NCBI GenBank assembly: GCA_963706575.1
Contig: CAVPNL010000003.1
Span: 320,001-384,000, forward strand
DNA: 64,000 nt
DNA from: an uncultured delta proteobacterium
Lineage (GTDB): Bacteria; Desulfobacterota; Desulfobacteria; Desulfobacterales; JAHEIW01
Direction of reading: 5' to 3'
The notes beneath the pieces were generated by a model. It did no database searches. It had not been told where the DNA came from and worked only from the letters and a program-made list of their open reading frames with translations. Each line of letters starts with the position of its first letter. Position 1 is the first letter of the stretch. The translations under genes were made by a program, and so were the position numbers. Shown here one piece after another: positions 19,377 to 29,645 of the stretch.

Positions 19377-20153
19377 CTAGTGCAAAATCTGGCTGAGAAA
19401 CAGTTTGGTGCGGTCGTGTTGGGGATTTTCAAAAAACTCTTCGGGTGTGTTGCCTTCTACAATTTGGCCGAAATCCATAAAAAGCACCTGGTGCGCCACG
19501 CTTTTGGCAAAACCCATTTCGTGACTGACCACGATCATGGTCATCCCTTCCTGGGCGAGTTCGATCATCGCATCCAGCACTTCCTTGATCATCTCAGGAT
19601 CAAGTGCAGATGTGGGCTCATCAAAGAGCATTATTTTCGGCGACATACAAAGACTGCGCGCAATGGCGACCCGTTGTTGCTGGCCGCCTGATAGCTGGCC
19701 GGGATATTTCTGGGCTTGTTCGGCAATTTGGACCTTCTCCAGATTATGCATGGCGGTTTCTTCGGCTTCTTTCTTGGGGATCTTCCGAACCCATATGGGT
19801 CCCAAAGTGAGATTGTCGAGGATGGTCAAATGCGGAAACAAATTAAAATGCTGAAACACCATGCCCACTTCGGCCCGTATTTTCTCAATATTTTTTAAGT
19901 CGTTCGTTAATTCGATCCCGTCCACTATAATTTTGCCCCGTTGATGTTCTTCAAGACGATTGATACATCGGATCAGCGTGGACTTACCGGACCCGGAAGG
20001 TCCGCAGATAACGATACGTTCCTGCTTTTTAACCGTAAGGTTAATGCCTTGCAGAACATGAAAATCGCCATACCATTTATGCATTTCGATAATTTCGATG
20101 ATGGCATCGTTTGCCATAGAACTTTCTGTCTTCTCTGACTTCTGGTTTACCAT
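19377..20153 (-). CDS. aapP: amino acid ABC transporter ATP-binding protein
   Basis: [22 protein letters not shown] and [11 protein letters not shown] motifs. Confidence 0.9.
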   Translation of the reverse strand: MVNQKSEKTESSMANDAIIEIIEMHKWYGDFHVLQGINLTVKKQERIVICGPSGSGKSTLIRCINRLEEHQRGKIIVDGIELTNDLKNIEKIRAEVGMVFQHFNLFPHLTILDNLTLGPIWVRKIPKKEAEETAMHNLEKVQIAEQAQKYPGQLSGGQQQRVAIARSLCMSPKIMLFDEPTSALDPEMIKEVLDAMIELAQEGMTMIVVSHEMGFAKSVAHQVLFMDFGQIVEGNTPEEFFENPQHDRTKLFLSQILH

Positions 20154-20202
20154 AACGATTCTCTCATCTTGAATTTAGATTTAATTTAGCTTTTGTTGCT
20201 CA

Positions 20203-21297
20203 TTAAAGACCTGTTTCTAGCTCACGTTCTAAACGCCGGCTGTAATTGGACATAAAGAAACAGCATAAAAAATAAATCAGGGCCACAAAAATATAGGCTT
20301 CGGCTGAAAAACCCATCCACTTTGGATCGCTTAGAATCGTCTGTGTGGTTCTCAGCAAATCGAAAAGGGCAATGATAACCACCAGAGAAGTATCTTTAAA
20401 GGCTGATATCAATTGTTGAACTGAAGGCGGTATCACTATTTTTAAAGCCTGGGGAAGAATAACCAGCCGCATGGTCAGGTAATAGCTTAATCCTATAGAA
20501 TCTGCTGCCTCATACTGCCCGCGCGGGATGGCCTGCAATCCGCCACGAACGACTTCGGCAATATAGGCTGCGGTAAAAAGGATGATGGCAACCATGGCTC
20601 TTAAAATTTTGTTGATGGTAACACCCTCGGGTAAAAATAAGGGGAGTACGACCGAAGACATGAACAACATACTGATGAGGGGTACACCGCGGATGAGTTC
20701 AATATAAACAACGCTTAGTGTTTTTATCGCCGGCATTTTGGATCGGCGTCCCAAAGCCAATACAATCCCTAAGGGGTAAGCAACCGTTAAGCCGAAAACC
20801 GACAATGTTAGCGTTAATGGAAGCCCTCCCCATTGCGTGGTTTCAACCGGTGACAAACCGAGAAGCCCGCCTTTCATCAGGAGCCCCATCACAAAGAGGC
20901 CAATAAGCCAGGCATAGAGCAGTGATTTTTTCCAGTGATTTCGGTTCCGGCTATAGAATAGAAGCCCGATTAACAGCACCATAGCCACCAAAGGTCGCCA
21001 TTGCTGCTCATACGGGTAAAATCCGAAAATGATAAACCTTATATTGGCAGGTATAAGAGACCAGCAGGCACCATCGCTCTGCCGGCATTCCGCCCCTGTA
21101 GAGACCCAGAGGCTGTCGATAAACGCCCAGCGAATCAGCGGCGGTACGATCACCCACAAACAATAAACCGCTATGATGGTCAGAATGGAGTTAAACCAAC
21201 TATTAAATAAATTAAATCTTATCCAGCCGATGACGCCCACATGAGTCACCGGTGGTTTTATGACTTCGCTCTTTTTAATTTGATCCGCCTTTTCCAT
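20203..21297 (-). CDS. aapM: general L-amino acid ABC permease
   Basis: GACW, WGGLPLT, RGVPLI and AEVVRGGLQAIPRGQYEAA motifs. Confidence 0.88.
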   Translation of the reverse strand: MEKADQIKKSEVIKPPVTHVGVIGWIRFNLFNSWFNSILTIIAVYCLWVIVPPLIRWAFIDSLWVSTGAECRQSDGACWSLIPANIRFIIFGFYPYEQQWRPLVAMVLLIGLLFYSRNRNHWKKSLLYAWLIGLFVMGLLMKGGLLGLSPVETTQWGGLPLTLTLSVFGLTVAYPLGIVLALGRRSKMPAIKTLSVVYIELIRGVPLISMLFMSSVVLPLFLPEGVTINKILRAMVAIILFTAAYIAEVVRGGLQAIPRGQYEAADSIGLSYYLTMRLVILPQALKIVIPPSVQQLISAFKDTSLVVIIALFDLLRTTQTILSDPKWMGFSAEAYIFVALIYFLCCFFMSNYSRRLERELETGL

Positions 21298-21305
21298 TCG
21301 GCAGT

Positions 21306-22508
21306 CTATCTTTCTACAAGGGCCATTTTTTTATTATACCAATTCATAAATGCGGACGTCGAAAGACTGAAAAAAAGATAAACCAACATGATCATGGCCA
21401 CGCCTTCAATCGCCTGTCCGGTTTGATTGATGGCTGTACCGGCAACTGAGACAAAATCGGGATAACCGATGGCCACTGCCAACGAACTGTTTTTGGTAAG
21501 GCTCAACATCTGACTGGTCAACGGCGGGATGATCACTCTCAGCGCCTGGGGTAAGATTACCAACTGCAGTACCCGGTTGGGTCTGAGTCCGATGGACATG
21601 GCCGCTTCCCGTTGCCCTTTGCTCACGGCTTGGATACCTGCGCGCACGGCTTCCGCAACAAAGGCTGCCGTATAAAGCACTAACCCCAGTAAAAGGGCAG
21701 TGAATTCGGGACTGACATTGAGTCCGCCTTGGAAATTGAAACCTTTGAGTTCAGGAACACTCATCGTGGTTGGAGTTCCCCCCGCCAACCAAACTAAAAG
21801 CGGGAGCAAGATGAGAATGCCGACGGATACGCTAAAAACAGGAAATGTCATGCCGGTTCTGGCCTGTCGCCTGCGCGCCCAGCGACGCAGAAAAAAAACA
21901 CTTACACAACCTGCCAGAAAAGCTAAAGCCATATAGGTATGCGCAGGATGGAATTCCGGAACGGCAAAAACAAGGCCGCGATTACTCAGGAAAACACCGT
22001 TAAACGGGCTCAATGCCTGTCGGGGACCCGGAAGGATTTCATAAAAGAATGCATACCAGAAGAAAAGCTGCAACAAGATCGGTATGTCCTGAAAGACCTC
22101 GATATAGACAGCCGCCACTTTGGATACCAGCCAATTTGTGGATAAGCGAGCGATACCCATCAAGGTGCCGAGGATAACCGTTAGGACAATCCCGATAAAT
22201 GAAACCAGCAGCGTATTTAAAACGCCAACAAATAAAGCGCGCGCGTATCTGTCTGCAGCGGAATAGGAAATTAAAGATTCACCGATTTCAAAAGAAGCTT
22301 CCTTTTGAAGAAAACCGAACCCCGTGGCTATGGCTTGCCTTTCAAGGTTGGCGATGGTGTTGGAAACGAGATAATATCCGAGCAGCCCCACCATAGCCAG
22401 GACGCCCAGCTGATAAAGAATGGATCGCTTACGCGGATCATACCAGAAAGCAACTTTACCCGATGCTGGGCTGGGCGCGGCGGCTGCGGTTTCCTTCATC
22501 ATCTTCAA
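21306..22508 (-). CDS. aapQ: general L-amino acid ABC permease
   Basis: GFGFL, GVLNTL, SPEF and LTKNSSLAVAIGYPD motifs. Confidence 0.88.
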   Translation of the reverse strand: MKMMKETAAAAPSPASGKVAFWYDPRKRSILYQLGVLAMVGLLGYYLVSNTIANLERQAIATGFGFLQKEASFEIGESLISYSAADRYARALFVGVLNTLLVSFIGIVLTVILGTLMGIARLSTNWLVSKVAAVYIEVFQDIPILLQLFFWYAFFYEILPGPRQALSPFNGVFLSNRGLVFAVPEFHPAHTYMALAFLAGCVSVFFLRRWARRRQARTGMTFPVFSVSVGILILLPLLVWLAGGTPTTMSVPELKGFNFQGGLNVSPEFTALLLGLVLYTAAFVAEAVRAGIQAVSKGQREAAMSIGLRPNRVLQLVILPQALRVIIPPLTSQMLSLTKNSSLAVAIGYPDFVSVAGTAINQTGQAIEGVAMIMLVYLFFSLSTSAFMNWYNKKMALVER

Positions 22509-22546
22509 GTCCAGGCTCGTAGAATATAGTGTTCTATTAAGTGGTT

Positions 22547-22646
22547 ATACCGCTTTTCATAATAAGGTTCCGAATTACGGAATTGCGGCATAAGTGGTTG
22601 TAAAAAAACGTTTGAATATCGGAACGTTTTTTTGACAGCCACTATA
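22547..22646. repeat. ~100 bp dispersed repeat with terminal hairpin, copy 1
   Basis: ataccgcttttcataataa...ggttgtaaaaaaacgtttgaatatcggaacgtttttttgacagccactata; second copy at 34026-34126. Confidence 0.85.
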
Positions 22647-22682
22647 TATCGTTGGAATTCTTTTTTTAACAAGAATTGTATA

Positions 22683-22707
22683 AAGGTGCCACTGAAAGTG
22701 GCACCTT
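22683..22707. terminator. hairpin after aapJ
   Basis: aaggtgccact-gaa-agtggcacctt. Confidence 0.55.
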
Positions 22708-22721
22708 ATTAAAATGAATAA

Positions 22722-23741
22722 TTACTTAAATGGCGGTGCATACATCAGCCCACCATTTTTCCATTGAGCATTCAAACCACGCTCAATTTTTAGGGGCGTA
22801 TCGACACCGACATTGCGTTCAAAGATTTCACCATAGTTGCCGACCTGTTTAATGATATTATAGGCCCACTTTTCATCCAACCCCAATGCCTTGCCGTTAC
22901 CTTCGCTGACACCTAAATATCTCTGAATTATGGGGTCCTTGCTTTTAGCCATTTGATCTACATTTTTTGAGGTGATTCCCAGATCTTCAGCCTCAATCAA
23001 TGCCAGAACCGTAAAATTAACAATATCATACCACTGGTCGTCTCCGTGGCGCACGACAGGTGCCAGGGGTTCCTTTGAAATGAGTTCCGGCAAAATAATG
23101 TAATCATCCGGATTGGGAGCAACGGACCGGGTAGAGGCCAACTGGGATGCATCCGAAGTGAGTACGTCACAGCGCCCGGCAAAAAATGCTTTGGCTAATT
23201 CAGGAGTGCTCTCGATAACGACCGGTTTCATCTTCATATTGTTGGCCCTGAAATAATCCGCCAAATTAAGCTCGGTGGTCGTGCCCGGCAATACGCACAC
23301 CGTGGCGCCATCGAGTTCTTTGGCGCCTTTCACACCCAATTTCTTGGGCACCAAAAAACCCTGCCCATCATAATAATTCACATGCACAAAATTTAGACCC
23401 AAAGCGGTTTCACGACCCAATGTCTGCGTACAGTTCCTCGTTAACACGTCGATTTCACCGGACTGCAATGCTGTAAAACGGGTTTTGGCTGATAAGGGTA
23501 CGAATTTTAATTTGTCCGGCACACCGAAAACCGCCACCGAGACCGCCCGGGCAGTATCGACATCAAGTCCGCGCCACACCCCTTTTTCATCCGGTTTGGA
23601 GAACCCAAACAAGCCTTCATTAACACCGACCGAAATAAACCCTTTGGCTTTAACATCGTCTAATGTGCCGGCCAGCGCAAAGCCGGCTGTTAGAACCACC
23701 GCCATTAAGACAACAACACATAATGTGAAACGCTTCATCAT
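22722..23741 (-). CDS. aapJ: general L-amino acid ABC substrate-binding protein
   Basis: Signal peptide; RFTALQSGEIDVL, YYDGQGF, ISKEPL and VGNYGEIFERN motifs. Confidence 0.92.
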   Translation of the reverse strand: MMKRFTLCVVVLMAVVLTAGFALAGTLDDVKAKGFISVGVNEGLFGFSKPDEKGVWRGLDVDTARAVSVAVFGVPDKLKFVPLSAKTRFTALQSGEIDVLTRNCTQTLGRETALGLNFVHVNYYDGQGFLVPKKLGVKGAKELDGATVCVLPGTTTELNLADYFRANNMKMKPVVIESTPELAKAFFAGRCDVLTSDASQLASTRSVAPNPDDYIILPELISKEPLAPVVRHGDDQWYDIVNFTVLALIEAEDLGITSKNVDQMAKSKDPIIQRYLGVSEGNGKALGLDEKWAYNIIKQVGNYGEIFERNVGVDTPLKIERGLNAQWKNGGLMYAPPFK

Positions 23742-24238
23742 TTTTCCTCCTCTTTTTTTGAATTAAGGTTTTCCCGGCGGAATTCATCAAGAAAACCAGA
23801 CCGCCGACGACAATTCTGGCTGGCAAATCCGAACGCTTAAATACCCCATTCCAGTCTAAATAGGCTCAGGAAATCCTAAACAGAAAAATGAATGCTCCTC
23901 ATCAATTAAACAACTGAAATTAAATAAAACGTCTATAGCAGAAAGAAATCGGGTTTGGCAACAAAAATATATGACTGAAAAATCCGCTCTCAGGTTCGAA
24001 TGTCAAATTTTACAATTGACATATCCTTGAATTTTTCTTATTAATTCAAGCGCATATTATTCAGATTATTTTAAGAACCTTTACAGTTAGCTCCTCGCAA
24101 ATATAGGCGTCTACTTCTAACTGAAATAATGCTAGATTTTTAACGTTGGTTGAAGAAAAACAACCCATTTGGGGGTGGTGTTAAGCGCTGGGAACCTGAA
24201 AAGGATCCGAATTGAGCCTGCCAAAATGCAAGGAGGAA

Positions 24239-24451
24239 ATGGTGAAGCGCGATCTAAACATCGAAGAATGGCAGGAACGGTCTCCCGTTGAGCGCCGCGG
24301 CGATCGGGACAAACGAAGGAAAAACAGCCAAAAATATTTTGCCGGCATCCTGGAAAGAAGAACCGGAAAAGAGCGTCGGGATATCACGGAGCGCAGAGAT
24401 CGCTGGTTACGGGTCGGTAAATGGCGCAGTGAGTCGGTTTTCGACGAATAA
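24239..24451 (+). CDS. small Arg-rich hypothetical protein
   Basis: AGGAGG RBS; repeated ERR motifs. Confidence 0.55.
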   Translation: MVKRDLNIEEWQERSPVERRGDRDKRRKNSQKYFAGILERRTGKERRDITERRDRWLRVGKWRSESVFDE

Positions 24452-24565
24452 GCCGTGTGGGGAGACACAAAATTTTATTATAATTGTAAAATCTTTTTTA
24501 TATGATAACCAAGGGGCAAAGTCTTTTAATGACTTTGCCATTTTTATGACTGGGGGAGAAATTAA

Positions 24566-25106
24566 ATGATCACAACCGATGATACGGCCCTGGTGCTTAT
24601 TGATATTCAGGAAAAATTAGCTCGGGCCATGCACAACAAAGAGGCCTTGTTTGATAATCTCAAAAAAATAGTTAAAGGGGCCCGCATATTGGGGCTGCCC
24701 ATCCTATGGGCTGAACAAAATCCGGATGGTCTGGGACCGACGATCCAAGAGATTGCCGACCTCCTGCCGGACAAGAAACCGGTGAGCAAATTCAGCTTCA
24801 GCTGTTGCGGCAATGAATCGTTTATGAAAAATCTCAAAGCCGCCAACTGCAAAAACATGCTGGTTGCCGGTATTGAAGCACACGTCTGTGTTTACCAGAC
24901 CGTGGCCGATTTAGTAAATCTAAAATTCAATGTTCAGGTTGTCGCCGATGCGGTCGCCTCCCGAACTCCTGAAAACAGATTGATCGGCCTCGAAAAAAGT
25001 AAAGCCGCCGGTGCCGGCGTAACCAGTACCGAAACGGCATTGTTTGAATTGCTCAAAGACGCCACGCAGCGACCACTTTAAGGAAATTATTCAAGTGGTG
25101 AAATAG
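24566..25106 (+). CDS. isochorismatase-family hydrolase; 1-nt frameshift near the C-terminus
   Basis: IDIQEKL, EQNPDGLGPT, KFSFSC and GIEAHVCVYQT motifs; plausible end FKEIIQVVK* lies in another frame. Confidence 0.8.
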
Positions 25107-25111
25107 TCGAT

Positions 25112-25777
25112 ATGAATTGGAATATTATATATGATTTTCTGACCGGCCCGGCACTCTGGTTTACCTTCATCTTTTTTAGCGGTGGCCTGCTGCTCCGAAT
25201 CGCCCTCTTGTTTCGGCTGAGCCTCAAAAAGGACCGGGTCATTTATAATCATTTCAGCTTTGGCTGGGGCCTGCGATCGATTGTTCAATGGTTAATTCCC
25301 TGGGCCAGTGCCTCTATGCGTCAGCAACCGGTATTTGCCATGGTTGCTTTTATCTTTCATCTCTCGTTACTGGCTGTTCCCCTGTTTTTGAGTGCCCACA
25401 TCCTGCTGTGGGATGAAGCTTTCGGCATCAGCCTGTGGTCCCTGCCCGATGTGCTGGCCGATGGGTTGACGCTGGTTCTGATTGGCGCTGCCGTCTTTTT
25501 ATTCATCCGCCGTCGTGTCAAACCCGAAGTTAGGATTTTAACCAGCTCATGGGACTATTTTCTGCTGATTATGACGACATTGCCTTTTTTAACCGGCTTT
25601 TTGGCATATCACCAATGGGGCCCCTACGAAGTGCTGCTGATTCTGCATATTTTTTTAAGCCAGGTTCTCTTGATCCTGATTCCAATAACCAAGCTGGGGC
25701 ATATGATTCTTTTCTTTTTTACCCGGGCGTTTATCGGCTTTGAGATGGGAGGACGCAGGGGGGCTCGCTCCTGGTAA
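25112..25777 (+). CDS. NarI/TmcC/HmcE-like cytochrome b membrane subunit
   Basis: Five TM segments with His ligands (FH..AH, LH, KLGH); upstream of a CCG Fe-S protein. Confidence 0.75.
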   Translation: MNWNIIYDFLTGPALWFTFIFFSGGLLLRIALLFRLSLKKDRVIYNHFSFGWGLRSIVQWLIPWASASMRQQPVFAMVAFIFHLSLLAVPLFLSAHILLWDEAFGISLWSLPDVLADGLTLVLIGAAVFLFIRRRVKPEVRILTSSWDYFLLIMTTLPFLTGFLAYHQWGPYEVLLILHIFLSQVLLILIPITKLGHMILFFFTRAFIGFEMGGRRGARSW

Positions 25778-25802
25778 TTGCACAAAAGCGTTTTGAAATC
25801 CA

Positions 25803-25890
25803 TTCACCACGAAGAGCACGAAGAACCACAAAGATAAAATAGAATTTATTAGATTTCTCCCTTTGTGTCCTTCCTGAACTTTGTGGTGAA
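25803..25890. repeat. CACGAAG-unit inverted cassette
   Basis: ttcaccacgaagagcacgaagaaccacaaag...ctttgtgtccttcctgaactttgtggtgaa. Confidence 0.7.
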
Positions 25891-25940
25891 ATTTAAACTT
25901 AAAAACACATTTTTCCTCTAAATAAAGAATCGAGACTTTT

Positions 25941-27281
25941 TTGATGACAAGCCCTGCCGAAAAGAAATTTGAGTTTGAAAATCCTTCGGATTCTCCTGTA
26001 GATGTGAGCCGCGTGCGTCAAATACTGGCTGCCAACGATGGCGCCCGCATTCGAACCTGGCTGAGCATTTGCTCCCGCTGCGGGTTGTGCGCGGAAAGTT
26101 GCTTTGTCTATGTCAGCAATGATCGAGATCCCCGCCTGAGTCCGGCCTATAAATTCAGACACACACTCGGTGAAATGATTCGGCGCAAGGGCAAAGTGGA
26201 CCGCGCCTTTCTGGAAAAATGCTATGAAATCGCCTGGCTGCAATGCACCATGTGCAAGCGCTGTTCGATGTATTGTCCCTTTGGGATCGATGTCGCCACC
26301 ATGATCGCCATCACCCGCAGTGTCTGCCACTCTCAGGGGGTGACGCCCAAACAACTGGCCTTTTTTTCGGATCATTGCGATAAAACCGGAAACCACATGG
26401 GCATCCCGGTGGAAGAACTGGTCGATACGTGCGAGTGGATGGTCGAAGAGGTAGAAGATGATTACCGGGGGGTAGACATCCCGGTGGATCAGCCCGGCGT
26501 CAGGTATATGTATACCATTAATCCGCGAGAGCCCGTTTATTACCCCCAGGACATTTCAAACGCCGCCATTATCTTTGCGGCTGCAAAAGAAAGCTGGACC
26601 ATTCCCACTTTCGGCTGGGATTGCACCAACCTGCCCATGTTTGCGGGCAACCGCAATCTGGCCGGCAAACAGGTCAAAAATGTTTACGAAAAAGCCCAGC
26701 AGCTAAACGCGCAGTATATTCTGATTACCGAATGCGGACACGCCTATCGCTCAATGGCCTTCGAAGGACCCTATCTTGCCGGATACGCGGATGGCAAGCC
26801 GCCGGTGGAAATTGTTCATTACGTCCAGTTGCTCTATGAATACCTGCGGGACGGTCGCATTAAAATCGACCCCGACAAAAAAATCAAAGAACCGATCACC
26901 TACCAGGACCCCTGCAATGTATCTCGCAACGGCGGTCTCTGGGAACATGCCCGCAAAATCATACCCTATATTGCCGAAGATTTTCGAGATATGGCCCCCA
27001 ACCGCGAACATAACCACTGCTGCGGCGGCGGCGGGGGCATAATGCCGATGGGACCGGACTACAAACCCTTCAGGATGGCTTCCGGGAAACTAAAGGCCGA
27101 TCAAATCAAGGAAACCGGAGCCAAAATCGTGATCACACCCTGCCACAATTGCTTTGATCAAATCAACGATCTGAGTGAAGCATACGAACTGGGAATCACG
27201 GCGCTTTCCTTAAAAGAAATCATCGTTGAAGCCATGATCATACCCGACCACATGAAATTGGAGCCCCAAAAGGAAGATTGA
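25941..27281 (+). CDS. TmcB/HmcF/DsrK-like Fe-S protein with CCG domain
   Basis: CSRCGLCAESC, CTMCKRCSMYCP, TECGH, YQDPC, CCGGGGG and PCHNC motifs. Confidence 0.85.
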   Translation: MMTSPAEKKFEFENPSDSPVDVSRVRQILAANDGARIRTWLSICSRCGLCAESCFVYVSNDRDPRLSPAYKFRHTLGEMIRRKGKVDRAFLEKCYEIAWLQCTMCKRCSMYCPFGIDVATMIAITRSVCHSQGVTPKQLAFFSDHCDKTGNHMGIPVEELVDTCEWMVEEVEDDYRGVDIPVDQPGVRYMYTINPREPVYYPQDISNAAIIFAAAKESWTIPTFGWDCTNLPMFAGNRNLAGKQVKNVYEKAQQLNAQYILITECGHAYRSMAFEGPYLAGYADGKPPVEIVHYVQLLYEYLRDGRIKIDPDKKIKEPITYQDPCNVSRNGGLWEHARKIIPYIAEDFRDMAPNREHNHCCGGGGGIMPMGPDYKPFRMASGKLKADQIKETGAKIVITPCHNCFDQINDLSEAYELGITALSLKEIIVEAMIIPDHMKLEPQKED

Positions 27282-27288
27282 TTTTTTT

Positions 27289-27351
27289 ATCACGAAAACA
27301 CGGAAATTAAAAAGCACGAAATCTTACTTTAGCCTTTCGCGCTTTCGTGAT
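27289..27351. repeat. CACGAA-unit inverted cassette, copy 2
   Basis: atcacgaaaacacggaaattaaaaagcacgaaat...tttcgcgctttcgtgat; lies between convergent genes. Confidence 0.8.
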
Positions 27352-27383
27352 TAATTTTTCCTGTTTGGCTCAGCCTGCCCGGC

Positions 27384-28154
27384 TTAAGATTGGAAACTTG
27401 CGATTAATGCGGCCCCTATGGCCCCGGTTACCTGGGTCTTTTGCGACACCTCAATGCCATACCCGGTTTTGTTTTCCAGAGCCTTGACCACCCCTTTGTT
27501 TTTAGCGACCCCACCGGTCATCATCAAAGGCGCTGACAGACCGATGCGACCGGCCATGGCGACCACCCGGGAGGCAATCGATTCGTGGATGCCGGCAATG
27601 ATATTTTCTCTTTTCTCTCCTTTGGAGATAAGAGAAATCACTTCTGATTCCGCAAAAACGGTACACAGGCTGCTGATTTTCGCCGGCGTGTCAGCTTCCA
27701 GCGAAACCCCGCCAAAATCATTGATATCAACTTCAAGTGCCCGGGCCATCACTTCCAGAAATCGTCCCGTACCGGCCGCACACTTATCATTCATGGCAAA
27801 ATCCTTCACGCCGCCATTTTCATCAACCACGATGGCTTTGCTGTCCTGACCGCCGATATCGATAATCGAGCGCACGGCCGGATTCAGATAATGGGCACCA
27901 ACAGCATGGCAGGTGATCTCGGTAACCGCCTTGTCGGCGAAGACAACACTTTTGCGACCGTAACCGGTTGCAATAATTTTATCTACGGCGGACGCTTTTA
28001 TCCCCAGATCGGCGATAATGTCTTGATAGACTTTCGTCCCGGCGTCCTGCGCATTATAGCCGGTTAACATCACCCGGTCGGAAATCAGGTTGCCGTCCTT
28101 AACAACAGCCGCCTTGGTCGTTATCGAACCCACATCGATCCCCACTGTAATCAT
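27384..28154 (-). CDS. acyl-CoA dehydratase activase (HgdC/BcrAD-type ASKHA ATPase)
   Basis: GIDVGSITTK, ATGYGR, DIGGQDSK, MNDKCAAGTG and CTVFAESE motifs. Confidence 0.92.
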   Translation of the reverse strand: MITVGIDVGSITTKAAVVKDGNLISDRVMLTGYNAQDAGTKVYQDIIADLGIKASAVDKIIATGYGRKSVVFADKAVTEITCHAVGAHYLNPAVRSIIDIGGQDSKAIVVDENGGVKDFAMNDKCAAGTGRFLEVMARALEVDINDFGGVSLEADTPAKISSLCTVFAESEVISLISKGEKRENIIAGIHESIASRVVAMAGRIGLSAPLMMTGGVAKNKGVVKALENKTGYGIEVSQKTQVTGAIGAALIASFQS

Positions 28155-28182
28155 ACCTTCACCTCACGTGTACCCAATCATA

Positions 28183-28311
28183 TGGCATAGCGCATAGTGC
28201 AGGCGCATGGTGTTAAAAAAAGATTATTTGAAAGAAAAGTGCATTGATTGATAGCAACTCTCGCAGTCAACATTTTTTTGCGCTATGCCCCATGCCCCAT
28301 GCGCTATGCCA
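28183..28311. repeat. GCATAGC-heptamer inverted cassette
   Basis: tggcatagcgcat...tgcgctatgccccatgccccatgcgctatgcca; 13 bp perfect inverted ends. Confidence 0.75.
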
Positions 28312-28376
28312 AATAGAGCTACATAGATCTGATCACCATGCTACGATACCTATCCCTGAAATCTGCAGACCCGCAA

Positions 28377-29621
28377 TCACTTCTTATTCTTTAGGACCTC
28401 CATAAATGCATCAATGCGGGTCTCAATCTGGCTTTCGGAAAAACTTCGTTCATCAACCATATCGGCCTCAATCAGCAAGGTCGGGATGCCTCTTTTTTGC
28501 TGAATGATTTTCTGGATATCATACTGACCGAGCGAGTAAGGTTTGCAGCTGCGGTTGGAATGCATCACCAGGCCGTCAACTTCATATTTATCGATCATTC
28601 CCATGACATTTTCAGCCATTTCATCAACGCTGATATTCAGGTAAATGCGGGCATAGCCTTCTGCCATCGAATCCAAAAAATTGTCTTCCTTAAGATATTT
28701 CAGTGAGCTGCACCAGGCCGATGTATAGGTGTCCGCCACCAGGCAGGCGCCTTGAGCGGCAAATTTTTCAGATAACCAGCGCGTCCGATACCAGACCGGC
28801 AGGTTATCCCATAAAAGCCGATACTTTTCATCCGGTACCGCACCGATTCCAGCGCCAACCCGCTCTTTCATTTCTTTTAAAAGCGCCGTGTAATAGTCAA
28901 TCGCAACCTGGGTGCCGCGCAGGGTCACGATTAAGGCCAGGTGAAAAAAAGCGTCAAAGGCGCTCATCGGTGACGGCCTGTGAGTGGTGGTGTCCAGCAC
29001 CGCCTGCCACAAACGCTGGCCCTCAATGGCCAGTCGGCCGACTTCGGCCATGCGGTCTTCGTCTGCTTTCTTGCCACAGACCTTTTCAAGAAATTCCACA
29101 TATTCGCTGATCTGTTCGCGCACATATTTTTTGGCGTCATCTGAAAATTCGGTGTGGCAAAAAGGTGTGTCCAGAATAAACAGCGGCACATCATAAAACC
29201 GCGCCTGAATTTCGTACCATTTGAGAACCGTCCCGCAGATATTGTTGCAGCAGACCAGCATGTCCGGCCGGGGCAACCCGCCGATCGGCCCCCCGTCGAT
29301 CGGCGCGCAAGCGATATCCGCACGCGCATACGAGCAAAGATCTCGCGAATACCCCATGGCCTCCGCCTTTTCGCAAAGATCCACGCCCATTTTAGCGGCC
29401 CCGATCATGGCGCCGTGATTTTCCGGATACACCGGAATGACATCCATGGCAATGAGGGGTTCCACCGGACCGCCACTGGTAATCCAGGCTACCTTTTTGC
29501 CTGTTTGCTCGGCGGTCTTGGCCTCGATGTAGTACTCGGTCATGATCTCTTTCATCTGCTTTACGCACTTGATCTTGCGTTTTTCCAGCTCTAGATCTTT
29601 CCCCTGTTTTTTTTCAGACAC
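28377..29621 (-). CDS. 2-hydroxyacyl-CoA dehydratase / benzoyl-CoA reductase B-like subunit
   Basis: YPENH, DLCSY, NNICGTVLKW, HSNRSCK and TRIDAF motifs. Confidence 0.85.
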   Translation of the reverse strand: MSEKKQGKDLELEKRKIKCVKQMKEIMTEYYIEAKTAEQTGKKVAWITSGGPVEPLIAMDVIPVYPENHGAMIGAAKMGVDLCEKAEAMGYSRDLCSYARADIACAPIDGGPIGGLPRPDMLVCCNNICGTVLKWYEIQARFYDVPLFILDTPFCHTEFSDDAKKYVREQISEYVEFLEKVCGKKADEDRMAEVGRLAIEGQRLWQAVLDTTTHRPSPMSAFDAFFHLALIVTLRGTQVAIDYYTALLKEMKERVGAGIGAVPDEKYRLLWDNLPVWYRTRWLSEKFAAQGACLVADTYTSAWCSSLKYLKEDNFLDSMAEGYARIYLNISVDEMAENVMGMIDKYEVDGLVMHSNRSCKPYSLGQYDIQKIIQQKRGIPTLLIEADMVDERSFSESQIETRIDAFMEVLKNKK

Positions 29622-29645
29622 ACCTATTCCCTCACGTTAAGCGCT

